Below, in pieces: positions 19,920 through 29,299 of a DNA stretch of 64,000 nt (positions are counted from its first letter, which is position 1; each line of letters opens with the position of its first letter). Source of the DNA: Alphaproteobacteria bacterium (GTDB lineage: Bacteria; Pseudomonadota; Alphaproteobacteria; SP197); assembly GCA_965228895.1 (NCBI GenBank), contig OZ245842.1, positions 5,312,001-5,376,000 of the forward strand, written 5' to 3'. A program made the position numbers and the translations under genes. The notes below the pieces were generated by a model that made no database searches, was not told the origin of the DNA, and worked only from the letters and a program-made list of their open reading frames with translations.

Positions 19920-22439
19920 CTATTCGCTGCGCAGAACCGGGGCCGCCTTGTGTTTCAGGGCCCGCCACGTCGCCCAATAGCCGAAAACCAGGGTGACCAG
20001 GACCGCGATGGCGGCGGTGCCCAGGATCAAAACCGGCTGAAACGACCAGGGCGCCTGGATGACGAAGCTGGTCACGATCCAGCCGATCAGCGTGCCGGCA
20101 CACGCCGCCAGGAGCGCCGTGGCGGTGCCCAGCAGCAGGTGTTCCAGCAGGTAGGCGCGGAACAACTGGCGTCGGGTCGCGCCCAGGACCTTCAGGACCA
20201 CGGCGTCGTAGACCCGGCGGCGTTGCGCGGCGGCGACGGATTCGGCGAGCACGAGCAGGCCCGCGGCCAGGGCCAGCGCGCCGATGCCGCCGACCGCCGC
20301 GTCGATCTTGCGCAGGATCGCGATGACGTCGGTCAGCACGTCGCGCACGCCGATCGCCGACACGTTGGGCAGGGTGTCGGCGATCTCCGCGCGCAGGCCC
20401 GTTTCGGACTCGCGGTCGGCGTGGACTGTCGCGATGAAGGTGTGGGGCGCGGTTTCCAGCAGGCCCGGCGCGAAGACGAGCGTGAAGTTGATGCCCATGG
20501 TCGACCAGTCGACGTCGCGCAGGTTGGCGACGGTCGCGGTGATGTCGCGGCCCATGACGTTGACGGTCAGCGTGTCGCCGACGCCGATGCCGAAGCCCCG
20601 GGCAATGTCGGTTTCGAAGGACAGCAGCGGCGGACCGGTGTAGTCGGCGGGCCACCACTCGCCGGCGACGACCTCGGCATTATCGGGCATCTTAGACGCA
20701 TAGGTGACGCCACGGTCGCCTTCAATGGCCCAGCGCGAATGCGGCTCGATCACTGCCTCGGTGACCGACACGCCGTCGATCGCGGTGATGCGTCCGCGCA
20801 GGCTCGGCACCCGCTCGACCGCGTGGACGCCGTGTGTATCGGCAAGGATGGTATCGAAGGTCGCGACCTGATCGGGCTGGATATCGACAAAGAAGAAAGA
20901 AGGCGCATCGGCCGGCAGATTGTCGCCGATCTCCTCGATCAGGTTGCCCTGGACGGAGACGATGGCGATCAGCACCGTGAGGCCGATACCGAGCGCGACC
21001 ACCACCGATCCGGTCGCCGCCCCGGGGCGCGTCAGGTTGGCAAGCGCCAGGCGAAGGCCTGGACGCTTTGGTCTTCCCACGCGCCGGATCAGCCGGGTGA
21101 AGCCGGCGCTGGCGACGCGGAACAGAAGAAGCGTTGCGGCGGCGCCGACGACAAAGCCTGCCGCCAGATAACGATCGGGCGACGAGAAGATCGTGAGCAG
21201 CGCCAGTGCCGCGATGATCGCACCGGCGATGGCGATCGTCTTGAGCCCCGGCCGCTGTGCGGCCCGGCGCGACACCTGATCGCGGAACAGGGCGGCGGCC
21301 GGTACGAGCCGTGCGCGCGCGAGCGGCCAGATGGCGAAAGCCAGCGCGGTCAAAATGCCATAAGCCGCGGCGACGCCCAGCGGCTGCAGATGAAGCGATG
21401 GTTCGACCGGTACCGGCAGCGCGCCCGCCACAGCCCAGCCGACCACGCCGGGCAGAATCGCGCCGGCGACCAGGCCGATCGCCGTGCCGGCGGTCGCGAC
21501 CGCGGCAATTTCGATCAGATAGGTACGGAAGATCAGCTTGGCCGGCGCGCCGAGGGATTTCAGGATGGCGATCGTCGGCACCTTGCCGCCCAGATAGGCG
21601 TTGACGGCGCTGGCGACGCCGATGCCGCCGATCAGGAGCGCGGTCAGACCGACCAGCGAGATAAAGAGGCGCAGGCGTTCCAGGAAACGTGCGAGTTGCG
21701 GGTTGGCGTTTTCGTAACTTCGGACCCGCCAGGCGGCGAGTGGGAAGGCTTCCTCCAAATCGTCCAGAAAGACCTCGGTGTCGACGTCTTCAGCCAGCTT
21801 CAGCCGGGTGTCGTAGCGGATCATGCTGCCGGGTTGGACGAGTGCTGATCCGTCGAGCGCGTCGATGGCGACGATCAGCCGCGGGCCCAGTTGGAAGGTC
21901 GAGCTGGCGAGGTCCGGCTCGCTGGCGATGACCCCGCGCAGCTCGAACTCCGCTTCGCCCAGGCGGAACCGGTCGCCCGGGTCGATGCCGAGCCGCAGCA
22001 AGAACTCCTCGACAGCGACCGCACCCCAGATGCCGTCGCGTTCGGCCAGTGCCTCGTCGAGAGCGCCACCGTCTTCCAGTCCGAAACTACCGTAGAGCGG
22101 ATAGGCGTCGCCGACTGCCTTGAGGCTGACCAGAAGCGGCTCGCGCCCGTCGGCCTGGGCCATGGCGTTCATGTCGTAGGTGCGGGTGATCTCCGCACGA
22201 TCCGCAAGCCAGTCAACCTGCTCGTCGCTTGGCACCATCATGGTCGTGCGCAAGGTGACGTCGGCGCCCAGAATGACCCGGCCGTTGTCCTTCAAGCCGT
22301 CGACGATGGCCGCGCCGAAGGAGCCGACGCCGGCAATGGTCGCGACGCCAAGCGCCAGACAGGCAAGCGCCAGGCGGAACGCCTTCAGGCTGCCGCGCAG
22401 GTCGCGGCGGGCGAGTTTGAGGCTAAGCGCGGTTAGCAT
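19920..22439 (-). CDS. ybbP: ABC transporter permease, YbbP/FtsX-like
   Basis: LACLALGVA, KAVGDAYPLYG, APSFFFVDIQPDQ, VLKVLGATR. Confidence 0.88.
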   Translation of the reverse strand: MLTALSLKLARRDLRGSLKAFRLALACLALGVATIAGVGSFGAAIVDGLKDNGRVILGADVTLRTTMMVPSDEQVDWLADRAEITRTYDMNAMAQADGREPLLVSLKAVGDAYPLYGSFGLEDGGALDEALAERDGIWGAVAVEEFLLRLGIDPGDRFRLGEAEFELRGVIASEPDLASSTFQLGPRLIVAIDALDGSALVQPGSMIRYDTRLKLAEDVDTEVFLDDLEEAFPLAAWRVRSYENANPQLARFLERLRLFISLVGLTALLIGGIGVASAVNAYLGGKVPTIAILKSLGAPAKLIFRTYLIEIAAVATAGTAIGLVAGAILPGVVGWAVAGALPVPVEPSLHLQPLGVAAAYGILTALAFAIWPLARARLVPAAALFRDQVSRRAAQRPGLKTIAIAGAIIAALALLTIFSSPDRYLAAGFVVGAAATLLLFRVASAGFTRLIRRVGRPKRPGLRLALANLTRPGAATGSVVVALGIGLTVLIAIVSVQGNLIEEIGDNLPADAPSFFFVDIQPDQVATFDTILADTHGVHAVERVPSLRGRITAIDGVSVTEAVIEPHSRWAIEGDRGVTYASKMPDNAEVVAGEWWPADYTGPPLLSFETDIARGFGIGVGDTLTVNVMGRDITATVANLRDVDWSTMGINFTLVFAPGLLETAPHTFIATVHADRESETGLRAEIADTLPNVSAIGVRDVLTDVIAILRKIDAAVGGIGALALAAGLLVLAESVAAAQRRRVYDAVVLKVLGATRRQLFRAYLLEHLLLGTATALLAACAGTLIGWIVTSFVIQAPWSFQPVLILGTAAIAVLVTLVFGYWATWRALKHKAAPVLRSE

Positions 22440-22452
22440 TTAGCTGACATCA

Positions 22453-22520
22453 CCGGCCCACACCCCCGCCCGACCGCCCCGGGATGATGCCATGGGTGGT
22501 CGGGTGGGGGCGTGGGCTGG
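22453..22520. repeat. Long GC palindrome (REP-like family 2), copy A
   Basis: CCGGCCCACACCCCCGCCCGACCGCCC-loop-GGGTGGTCGGGTGGGGGCGTGGGCTGG; homologous to 24510 and 34604. Confidence 0.85.
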
Positions 22521-22556
22521 CGCGGCTGCACGCGCGAGCGTATTGCGACAACTCCG

Positions 22557-23264
22557 TCACGCGGCGACGTCACCGTCCAGGCGGCCGTCGCGCATATGGA
22601 CCGTCCGGTCGCAGCGTGCGGCGAGCGCCTCGTTATGGGTGATCAAGATCAGGCTGGCGCCGGCCTCCTGGGCGTGGCTGAACAGCAGTTCAACCACTTC
22701 GTCACCGGTCGTCGTGTCCAGATTGCCGGTCGGCTCGTCGGCCAGCAGCAGACCGGGTTCGCCGATCATGGCGCGGGCCAGCGCGACGCGCTGCTGCTCG
22801 CCGCCGGAAAGCTGGGCCGGGAAATGCTCGACCCGCGCGTCGAGCCCAACCTCGCTCAAGCCTGCCCGAGCGCGATCGAACGCATCGCCCGCGCCAGCCA
22901 GCTCCAGGGGCAGGGCGACGTTCTCCAATGCCGTCATGGTTGGGACGAGATGGAAGGCCTGAAAGACGATGCCGACGTGATCGCGACGAAAGGTGGCGAG
23001 GTCGTCCTCGTCCATGCCCGAAAGGTCCCGCCCGGCGACCTCGACCCGGCCCGACGTCGCCTGCTCCAGGCCGCCGATCACCGCCATCATGGTCGACTTG
23101 CCGGAGCCGGACGGGCCGACCACCGCCACATGTTCGCCATGGTCGACCTGAAGGCTGACGCCCCTCAAGATATTGACGATGCCCGCCGCGCTTCTCAAAT
23201 TAAGGTGGACGTCGTCGAGTGCGACGAGCGCGTTTTGTGGGGTTTCTGGGGTGGCTTCGGACAT
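22557..23264 (-). CDS. ybbA: ABC ATP-binding protein, YbbA-like
   Basis: GPSGSGKST, VFQAFHL, LSGGEQQRVA, ADEPTGNLD. Confidence 0.9.
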   Translation of the reverse strand: MSEATPETPQNALVALDDVHLNLRSAAGIVNILRGVSLQVDHGEHVAVVGPSGSGKSTMMAVIGGLEQATSGRVEVAGRDLSGMDEDDLATFRRDHVGIVFQAFHLVPTMTALENVALPLELAGAGDAFDRARAGLSEVGLDARVEHFPAQLSGGEQQRVALARAMIGEPGLLLADEPTGNLDTTTGDEVVELLFSHAQEAGASLILITHNEALAARCDRTVHMRDGRLDGDVAA

Positions 23265-23946
23265 GCAATCTTTCCAGTTCGGGGGACCTCAGCGATATGG
23301 GCCCTGGCGCCGTGTGATCAACGCGGGTCTGTTGTTGCTCGCAGTTTGCCTAGCTTACGCCATTCCGGCCCAAGCCGATCAAATGCGTATTCTGGCGCTC
23401 GGCGACAGCCTGACCGCAGGCTACGGTCTGCCCCAGGGTGATGGTTTTACGGATCAACTTCAGGCAGCCCTACAGGGACAAGGCTATGACGCCGTCGTGC
23501 TGAACGCCGGCGTTTCCGGCGATACCACGGCCGGCGGCCTGGCGCGGCTTGATTGGGCGCTGGCCGATGCACCCGATATCGTGATCGTCGAGCTGGGCGC
23601 TAACGACGCGCTCCGCGGCATCGATCCGGCGTCGAGCCGCGCCAATCTGGCTGCCATCCTTGATGAACTCCAGGCTCGGGGCGTGCCGGCGCTTCTGGCC
23701 GGCATGCTGGCGCCGCGCAACCTGGGCGCCGATTACGTCGATGCGTTCGACGGCATGTATGGCGCGTTGGCTGAAGAATACGATGTCCCGCTTTATCCGT
23801 TTTTCCTGGAAGGTGTCGCTGCCGAGCCTGACTTGAACCAGCCCGATGGTATTCATCCCAATGCGTCGGGTGTCGCGATCATCGTCGAAGGTATCCTGCC
23901 CGATGTCACAGCCATGTTGGATGCGCTGATGGAGGAGGGGTCATGA
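23263..23946 (+). CDS. tesA: Arylesterase / acyl-CoA thioesterase I (SGNH)
   Basis: LGDSLTAGYG, NAGVSGDTT, ELGAND, DGIHPN; divergent from ybbA. Confidence 0.9.
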   Translation: MQSFQFGGPQRYGPWRRVINAGLLLLAVCLAYAIPAQADQMRILALGDSLTAGYGLPQGDGFTDQLQAALQGQGYDAVVLNAGVSGDTTAGGLARLDWALADAPDIVIVELGANDALRGIDPASSRANLAAILDELQARGVPALLAGMLAPRNLGADYVDAFDGMYGALAEEYDVPLYPFFLEGVAAEPDLNQPDGIHPNASGVAIIVEGILPDVTAMLDALMEEGS

Positions 23947-24482
23947 GCCTGCCGCTCTTTATCGGTATCGATTTGCCGACGGGCGTGTCGGAACGGCTTG
24001 CCGGTCTGGGCGGCGGCGTGCCCGGCGCGCGCTGGGTGCCGGCCGAGAACATGCATGTGACGCTGCGCTATATCGGCGACGTCGACGGCACCATGGCCGA
24101 CGATATCGCGACCGGCCTGGCGCAGATCGGCGGCACCCCGTTCGAGATCGCCATCGAAGGCGTCGACCGGTTCGGCGGCAAGAACGATACCCGCGTGATC
24201 TATGCCGGCGTCGTGCCGCGCGATCCGCTGAAACACCTGCGCGACAAGATCGAGGCCATGCTGCAGCGCCTGGGCATGCAGGCCGACGAACGCCGCTACA
24301 CCCCCCACGTCACCCTGGCGCGCCTGAAACGCGCACCACAGGACCGGGTCGGCCGATTCCTGGAACATCACGGCATGCTGATGACCGAGCGCTTCGAGGT
24401 GCGCCAGTTCCACCTCTACGCCTCCATGCGCGGCCACGACGGCGCCGTCTACCGCATCGAGCACAGCTACCCCCTGGGGTAG
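23943..24482 (+). CDS. thpR: RNA 2',3'-cyclic phosphodiesterase (2H family)
   Basis: Two HVTL motifs (MHVTLRY, PHVTLAR). Confidence 0.9.
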   Translation: MSLPLFIGIDLPTGVSERLAGLGGGVPGARWVPAENMHVTLRYIGDVDGTMADDIATGLAQIGGTPFEIAIEGVDRFGGKNDTRVIYAGVVPRDPLKHLRDKIEAMLQRLGMQADERRYTPHVTLARLKRAPQDRVGRFLEHHGMLMTERFEVRQFHLYASMRGHDGAVYRIEHSYPLG

Positions 24483-24509
24483 GGGGTTAGCTCTCTTCGA
24501 GCTGCACCG

Positions 24510-24578
24510 CCGGCCCACTCCCCCGCCCGGCCACCCATGGCAGCATCCTCGGGGTGGTCGGGAGGGGGAGTGGGCCGG
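24510..24578. repeat. Long GC palindrome (REP-like family 2), copy B, loop inverted
   Basis: CCGGCCCACTCCCCCGCCCGGCCACCC-ATGGCAGCATCCTCG-GGGTGGTCGGGAGGGGGAGTGGGCCGG. Confidence 0.88.
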
Positions 24579-24614
24579 CCCCGGAATTCAGCGGGGCGGC
24601 TAAGAGAAAACCCC

Positions 24615-25013
24615 CTACGCTTCGTCCTCGAGCCTATGCATGTCGTCGTCAGAAAGTCCGAAGTGGTGGCCGATCTCATGAATCAGGACGTTCTTGATGA
24701 TATCTTCAAGCGTATCTTCGCCGGCAGCCCATAGGTCCAGCAGGGGCCGGCGGTAGAGGAAGATACGGTCGACGTCTCCGGGCGCGTCGAGCACGCTTTT
24801 GTGGTCGATCGAGACGCCGTGATAGAGGCCGAGAAGATTGAACGGGTCGTCGATGCCCATGTCGTGCAGTGTGGCGGCCTCGGCGAACTCCTCGATCAGG
24901 ATCGCGACGCCGTCGACCTGACGGCGCAGGCCTTCGGGGATGTCGGCAAAAACCTGCTCGGCGACGCGCTGCATGTCTTCAGCGCTGGGGGCATAGCCAA
25001 ATGCTCTGGTCAT
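24615..25013 (-). CDS. Minimal zincin metallopeptidase
   Basis: [25 protein letters not shown]. Confidence 0.88.
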   Translation of the reverse strand: MTRAFGYAPSAEDMQRVAEQVFADIPEGLRRQVDGVAILIEEFAEAATLHDMGIDDPFNLLGLYHGVSIDHKSVLDAPGDVDRIFLYRRPLLDLWAAGEDTLEDIIKNVLIHEIGHHFGLSDDDMHRLEDEA

Positions 25014-25094
25014 GGCGCGAAACCTAGCTTGCCTTGCGCTGCTGTCCAACCGCCGCCACATTTAGGGCTCGGTTTGGCAGCTAACATGGGCTTT

Positions 25095-25406
25095 ATGGGC
25101 GATAAACTCGATGGTGCGACGCGCGATGACGCAATCATGAGGCTTGACGGGTGGAAGCCGGTCGAAGGTCGTGACGCGATCGTCAAGTCGTTCAAATTCA
25201 AGGATTTTTTGACGGCGTTCGGGTTCATGGGCCGGGTTTCGGTGTACGCCGATGCGGTCGACCACCACCCCGAATGGTTCAATGTCTACAACCGCGTCGA
25301 TATCACGCTGACCAGCCACGATGTCGGTGGCGTCTCGCAGCGCGATATCGACATGGCCCGTTTCATCGATAAGGCAGCAGCCCGCACGGAGAAACAGACG
25401 TCATGA
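25095..25406 (+). CDS. phhB: Pterin-4-alpha-carbinolamine dehydratase
   Basis: [30 protein letters not shown]. Confidence 0.9.
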   Translation: MGDKLDGATRDDAIMRLDGWKPVEGRDAIVKSFKFKDFLTAFGFMGRVSVYADAVDHHPEWFNVYNRVDITLTSHDVGGVSQRDIDMARFIDKAAARTEKQTS

Positions 25407-25846
25407 ACTTCCATGCCACAGCCGGATTTGTTCGCCTGGCCCGCGCCCTGCCGGCCTACGCCATAATCCGCCGCACGGCGCGCGACATCGCCGATGGCAA
25501 ACCCGGCCCCTATGACCGCGATGCCCGCTATGTCGAGCAAGGTTTTTGGGGTAAGGCGAGGCGTTTGGCCGGACGCGTGCCGTTCGTGTTGGACCTGGCG
25601 GCGGCTTGGTATTGCGCCATGGACCGCACGACACCGGTGCACGTCAAGGCAATCCTGATGGGCGCGCTCGCCTACTTCGTGGTGCCCGCCGATATCGTGC
25701 CGGACATGCTGATCGGCTTTGGGCTGGTCGACGACGCGACTGTGTTGGCGACCGCGGTTTCCTCGGTGACCGGCCACGTCAAACCGCTACATTTCGAGAA
25801 GGCGAAGGACGCGCTGGCCTTTCAGGCGGAGCCGTCCGAGAGCTAG
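25403..25846 (+). CDS. YkvA / DUF1232 family protein
   Basis: [22 protein letters not shown]. Confidence 0.85.
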   Translation: MNFHATAGFVRLARALPAYAIIRRTARDIADGKPGPYDRDARYVEQGFWGKARRLAGRVPFVLDLAAAWYCAMDRTTPVHVKAILMGALAYFVVPADIVPDMLIGFGLVDDATVLATAVSSVTGHVKPLHFEKAKDALAFQAEPSES

Positions 25847-25948
25847 GCTCTTCTCTGTGTAGCTGCCGGGCCGACCAATAGGCCATGGACCGAGGTCCAT
25901 GGCGGGCGTAGGTTCCGCGACGTTTCACGACGTCGCCGACCGGGTCCC

Positions 25949-27184
25949 ATGCCGTTTCAATCCTATGTCAGGTTCGCTGCTGCGAACCGGAGGTTCGTCG
26001 CCTTCGGGTTCCTGGTCGCGTTCGGCTCCAGCTTCGGCCAGACTTATTTCATCGGCATCTTCGGCCCCGGCGTCCAGGCGGAGTTCGGCCTGAGCCATAC
26101 CGCCTGGGGCACGATCTACATGATCGGCACGCTGGCCAGCGCGCTGGTCCTGCCGTGGTCGGGCAAGCAGATCGACCGCCTCGACCTGCGGCTCTATACG
26201 GCTCTTGCCGGTCTGCTTCTGGTTGTCGCCTGTGTCGTGATGGCATCCACCGTCGGCCCGATCATGCTGGTTTTAGCGATCTTCCTCCTGCGCCAGTCTG
26301 GCCAGGGCTTGATGAGCCATATCGCGTTGACCAGCATGGCGCGCTACTTCGACATCGGCCGTGGCCGTGCTATCGCCATCGCCACGCTCGGCTTTTCAGC
26401 CGGCGAGGCGTTGCTGCCGTTCCTGGCCGTTGTCGCGATCGGTCTGGTCGGATGGCGCTGGACCTATGGCGGTGTCGCCATCGGCTTCGCGGTATTGTTG
26501 ATCCCCGCCTATCTGTGGCTGCTGAAGGGGCATGGCGAACGCCATCAGGCTCTGGTCCGTCGTCTGGGCGAAGCGGCCGCGACCAAGAGCGCGACGTCGT
26601 GGACACGGGGCGAGGTCATGCGCGACAAGCGTTTTTATATGCTGCTTGTCGGCATTCTGGCGCCGGCGCTGATCTTGACCGCCATGTTCTTCCACCACCT
26701 GAATGTCGCTGCCGCCAAGGGTTGGTCGGACGCCTGGATCACCGGCAACTACGTGGTCTACGCCGCAGCGACGGTCATAACGTCGCTGGCGTCCGGTCCC
26801 CTGATTGACCGGTTGGGCGCGGTGCGTCTGGTGCCTTTCATGATGGCGCCGTTGACGCTGGCCATGCTCGCCATCGGCCTGTTCGACAACCCCCTTATCG
26901 TCTGGCCTTACTTCATCCTCGCCGGCATCAGCACGGGCATCGGCCACACGGCGATCTCGGCCATGTGGGCGGAGGTCTATGGCGTCGATCATCTGGGCGC
27001 GATCAAAAGCCTGGCCGCCGCGCTCGGCGTCTTTGCCTCGGCACTCGGGCCGGTGGCGATGGGCGCCTTGATGGATGTCGGTTTATCGACCGACGCGGTC
27101 TGCCTGATCTTCGCCGGCTACACGGTGATCGGCGCGATCTCGATCGCCATCGGGCTTAGGGGTTATCGATCGTCGCCGGGATGA
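25949..27184 (+). CDS. MFS transporter
   Basis: About 12 TM; SSFGQTYFI, GKQIDRL and GPLIDRLG loop motifs. Confidence 0.88.
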   Translation: MPFQSYVRFAAANRRFVAFGFLVAFGSSFGQTYFIGIFGPGVQAEFGLSHTAWGTIYMIGTLASALVLPWSGKQIDRLDLRLYTALAGLLLVVACVVMASTVGPIMLVLAIFLLRQSGQGLMSHIALTSMARYFDIGRGRAIAIATLGFSAGEALLPFLAVVAIGLVGWRWTYGGVAIGFAVLLIPAYLWLLKGHGERHQALVRRLGEAAATKSATSWTRGEVMRDKRFYMLLVGILAPALILTAMFFHHLNVAAAKGWSDAWITGNYVVYAAATVITSLASGPLIDRLGAVRLVPFMMAPLTLAMLAIGLFDNPLIVWPYFILAGISTGIGHTAISAMWAEVYGVDHLGAIKSLAAALGVFASALGPVAMGALMDVGLSTDAVCLIFAGYTVIGAISIAIGLRGYRSSPG

Positions 27185-27190
27185 TCCCTT

Positions 27191-28240
27191 TCAGCTTGGC
27201 CAGATGAGATAGCGCAGTAGGACGACCATGATCTCGAAGAGATCGAGGTCCGTGATCCACGCTTCCGGGATGCCGTCGAGGCCGTGGCGCGCGGCCCAGA
27301 TCTGGCCGGCAAGGCTTGCGGTGCTGTCGCTGTCGCCGTCGTGATTGGCTGCGATTTGCAGGGCTTCGCTGAACGATCCGGCGGCGAGAGCCGCGTACGC
27401 CGCGATGGCCAAGGCCTCATCGCCGACCCAGCCTTCGCCGAGCCGCGCAACATGCGTGGCGTGATCATCGGTTGGGCGAGTTGCCAGGCGCGCGGCCTCG
27501 CCAAGAAGTCTGTTGGTTTCGTCGCCGTCGGCGGGCGTACCGAGGTAGTCCCGCGCGTCACCAAGTGCCTGCGCCGGGCTGGCGCCGTTGATCAACGTGA
27601 AGAGCAGGACCGCCATGGCGCCCGCGGGACGGAAACCGCCGGGGTGACCGTGGGTCAGGGCGGCTGCGCGCTCGGCAAGATCGTAGCGCGCTGACGCGTC
27701 GCCCAGGCCCGGCATGACGCCTATCGGGGCGACACGCATGACGCCGCCGCAGCCCTTGCTGTCGTTGGTCGGTAATACCGGCGTGCCACGCCCGCCTTCG
27801 GCCAGGGCCGACAGGCAGGTGCCGCCGGGTGCGCGCTGATGCCACATCGAAGGCTGCGCGCCGAGGCGGCCGTGGTAATCGACCGCTCGCGGGTCGCCGG
27901 TTTGGGTCGCATACCAGTCCAGATAGGCTTCGCGGATCGACTCCAGCACCGTGTCGCTGTCGCCTAGTTGTTTCCGGCTGAGGATAAGTCCTTCCAGCGT
28001 GAACAAGGTCATCTGGGTATCGTCGGAGACAATCAGCTTGCCGTCGTGGCGGACCGGTTCGGTCAGGCCGCTTGCGCCGAACTGAGAGCGGATCGCGTCC
28101 AGCCGGCTGAACTCCACGGCGTAGCCGAAGGCATCGCCGATGGCGCCCGCGACAATGCATGCGACCGCGCGATCGGTCATGCCGCCAGCCGGCGCATCGG
28201 CGAGGCCCAGCGTTTCCCGAACTGATGGACCCCCGGCCAT
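27191..28240 (-). CDS. ADP-ribosylglycohydrolase family protein
   Basis: GAIGDAFG, SDDTQMT, GCGGVMRVAP, HDGDSDSTAS; start at 28240 or 28180. Confidence 0.88.
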   Translation of the reverse strand: MAGGPSVRETLGLADAPAGGMTDRAVACIVAGAIGDAFGYAVEFSRLDAIRSQFGASGLTEPVRHDGKLIVSDDTQMTLFTLEGLILSRKQLGDSDTVLESIREAYLDWYATQTGDPRAVDYHGRLGAQPSMWHQRAPGGTCLSALAEGGRGTPVLPTNDSKGCGGVMRVAPIGVMPGLGDASARYDLAERAAALTHGHPGGFRPAGAMAVLLFTLINGASPAQALGDARDYLGTPADGDETNRLLGEAARLATRPTDDHATHVARLGEGWVGDEALAIAAYAALAAGSFSEALQIAANHDGDSDSTASLAGQIWAARHGLDGIPEAWITDLDLFEIMVVLLRYLIWPS

Positions 28241-28244
28241 ACCG

Positions 28245-29201
28245 CTATTTCTTGCCACCACGCGGTGTCTCGGACAACGGCCCGGCGGCACTGGCAGCGG
28301 CGCCGCTGGTCGCCCGCTGGGCGCGGATCTGGGCTTCGCGGTGGGCGACATAGACGGAGCTGGCGGCGATGATCGCCGCGCCGACCCAGGTCCAGATATC
28401 GGTGGCCTCCCCGAAGAAGACCCAGCCGAGCAGGGCAACCATGGGCAGGCGCGTATAATCGAACGGCATCAGGTACGTCGTGTCGGCCATGGAAAACGCG
28501 CGGGTGAAGGCGACATGGGCGATGCTGGCGAAGACGCCGAGCACGATCAGCCACAGCCACATCTCCGGGCTTGGCCAGCTCCAGACAAAGATCGCGGGAA
28601 CGAGCGAGATCGGCGTGATCAACAGCGTCTGCCAGGCGACCAGACTCGCCGATTCATCGGTTCGGGTCAGAACCTTCATGGTGATGATCGAGAGCGCCAT
28701 GGTGGCGGCCGAGGCGATGACCAAAAGCTCGCCTTCGCCGATCGAATCGACGCCGGGCCTTAAGATCACCAGCGTGCCCAGGAAACCGATAATGAGCGCG
28801 GTGATGCGGCGTACGCGGATGACCTCCTTCAAGATCACCACCGCCGCGATGGCCGCGAACAGCGGCGCGGTGAAACTCAAGGCGACGGCGTTCGCCAGCG
28901 GCACGATGGCAAGCGCCGAGAACCACGTCGCCATGGCGAGGAAACCCCAGAACGAGCGCATCAGGATCATGCCGAAACGCTCGGTCTTCATAGCGCCGAG
29001 GCCATGGCTTATCAGCCACGGCATCATGGCGAGGAAGCCGAAAAGATTGCGGAAGAAGACGATCTCCAGTGGATCCACCTCGCTCGCGACGTGGCGGATG
29101 ATCGCGTTCATCGAGGCGAAGAACACGCAGGCGAAGATCAGCAGCCCGGCGGCCTTGACCGGTGGTGAGGGGTTGATCTTGAGGAAGCGCGGGAACCGCA
29201 T
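28245..29201 (-). CDS. DMT/EamA family transporter
   Basis: EIVFFRN, SFTAPLF, ILRPG, PFDYTRL; about 10 TM. Confidence 0.88.
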   Translation of the reverse strand: MRFPRFLKINPSPPVKAAGLLIFACVFFASMNAIIRHVASEVDPLEIVFFRNLFGFLAMMPWLISHGLGAMKTERFGMILMRSFWGFLAMATWFSALAIVPLANAVALSFTAPLFAAIAAVVILKEVIRVRRITALIIGFLGTLVILRPGVDSIGEGELLVIASAATMALSIITMKVLTRTDESASLVAWQTLLITPISLVPAIFVWSWPSPEMWLWLIVLGVFASIAHVAFTRAFSMADTTYLMPFDYTRLPMVALLGWVFFGEATDIWTWVGAAIIAASSVYVAHREAQIRAQRATSGAAASAAGPLSETPRGGKK

Positions 29202-29299
29202 CGAGGTTCAAGCTTAGGCCCCGGCGGTGGCGAGGACCAGTGTGGTTCCGTGGACGCAGCCATGTGTGATAGGAGGTCGGTGCGAACTGGCATGGGCTG

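Noticed and set aside
14318-21848. Long antisense ORFs (14318-16183, 19950-21848, and similar ones such as 11735-13183 and 55655-56902)
   Set aside because: Shadow frames of well-supported genes in GC-rich DNA; no motifs.
25882-25903. Hairpin GCCATGGACC-GA-GGTCCATGGC before the MFS gene
   Set aside because: Single copy, no U-tract; cannot be assigned.
27191-28240. ADP-ribosylglycohydrolase as part of a toxin-antitoxin or DraTG system
   Set aside because: No ADP-ribosyltransferase or nitrogenase gene nearby.
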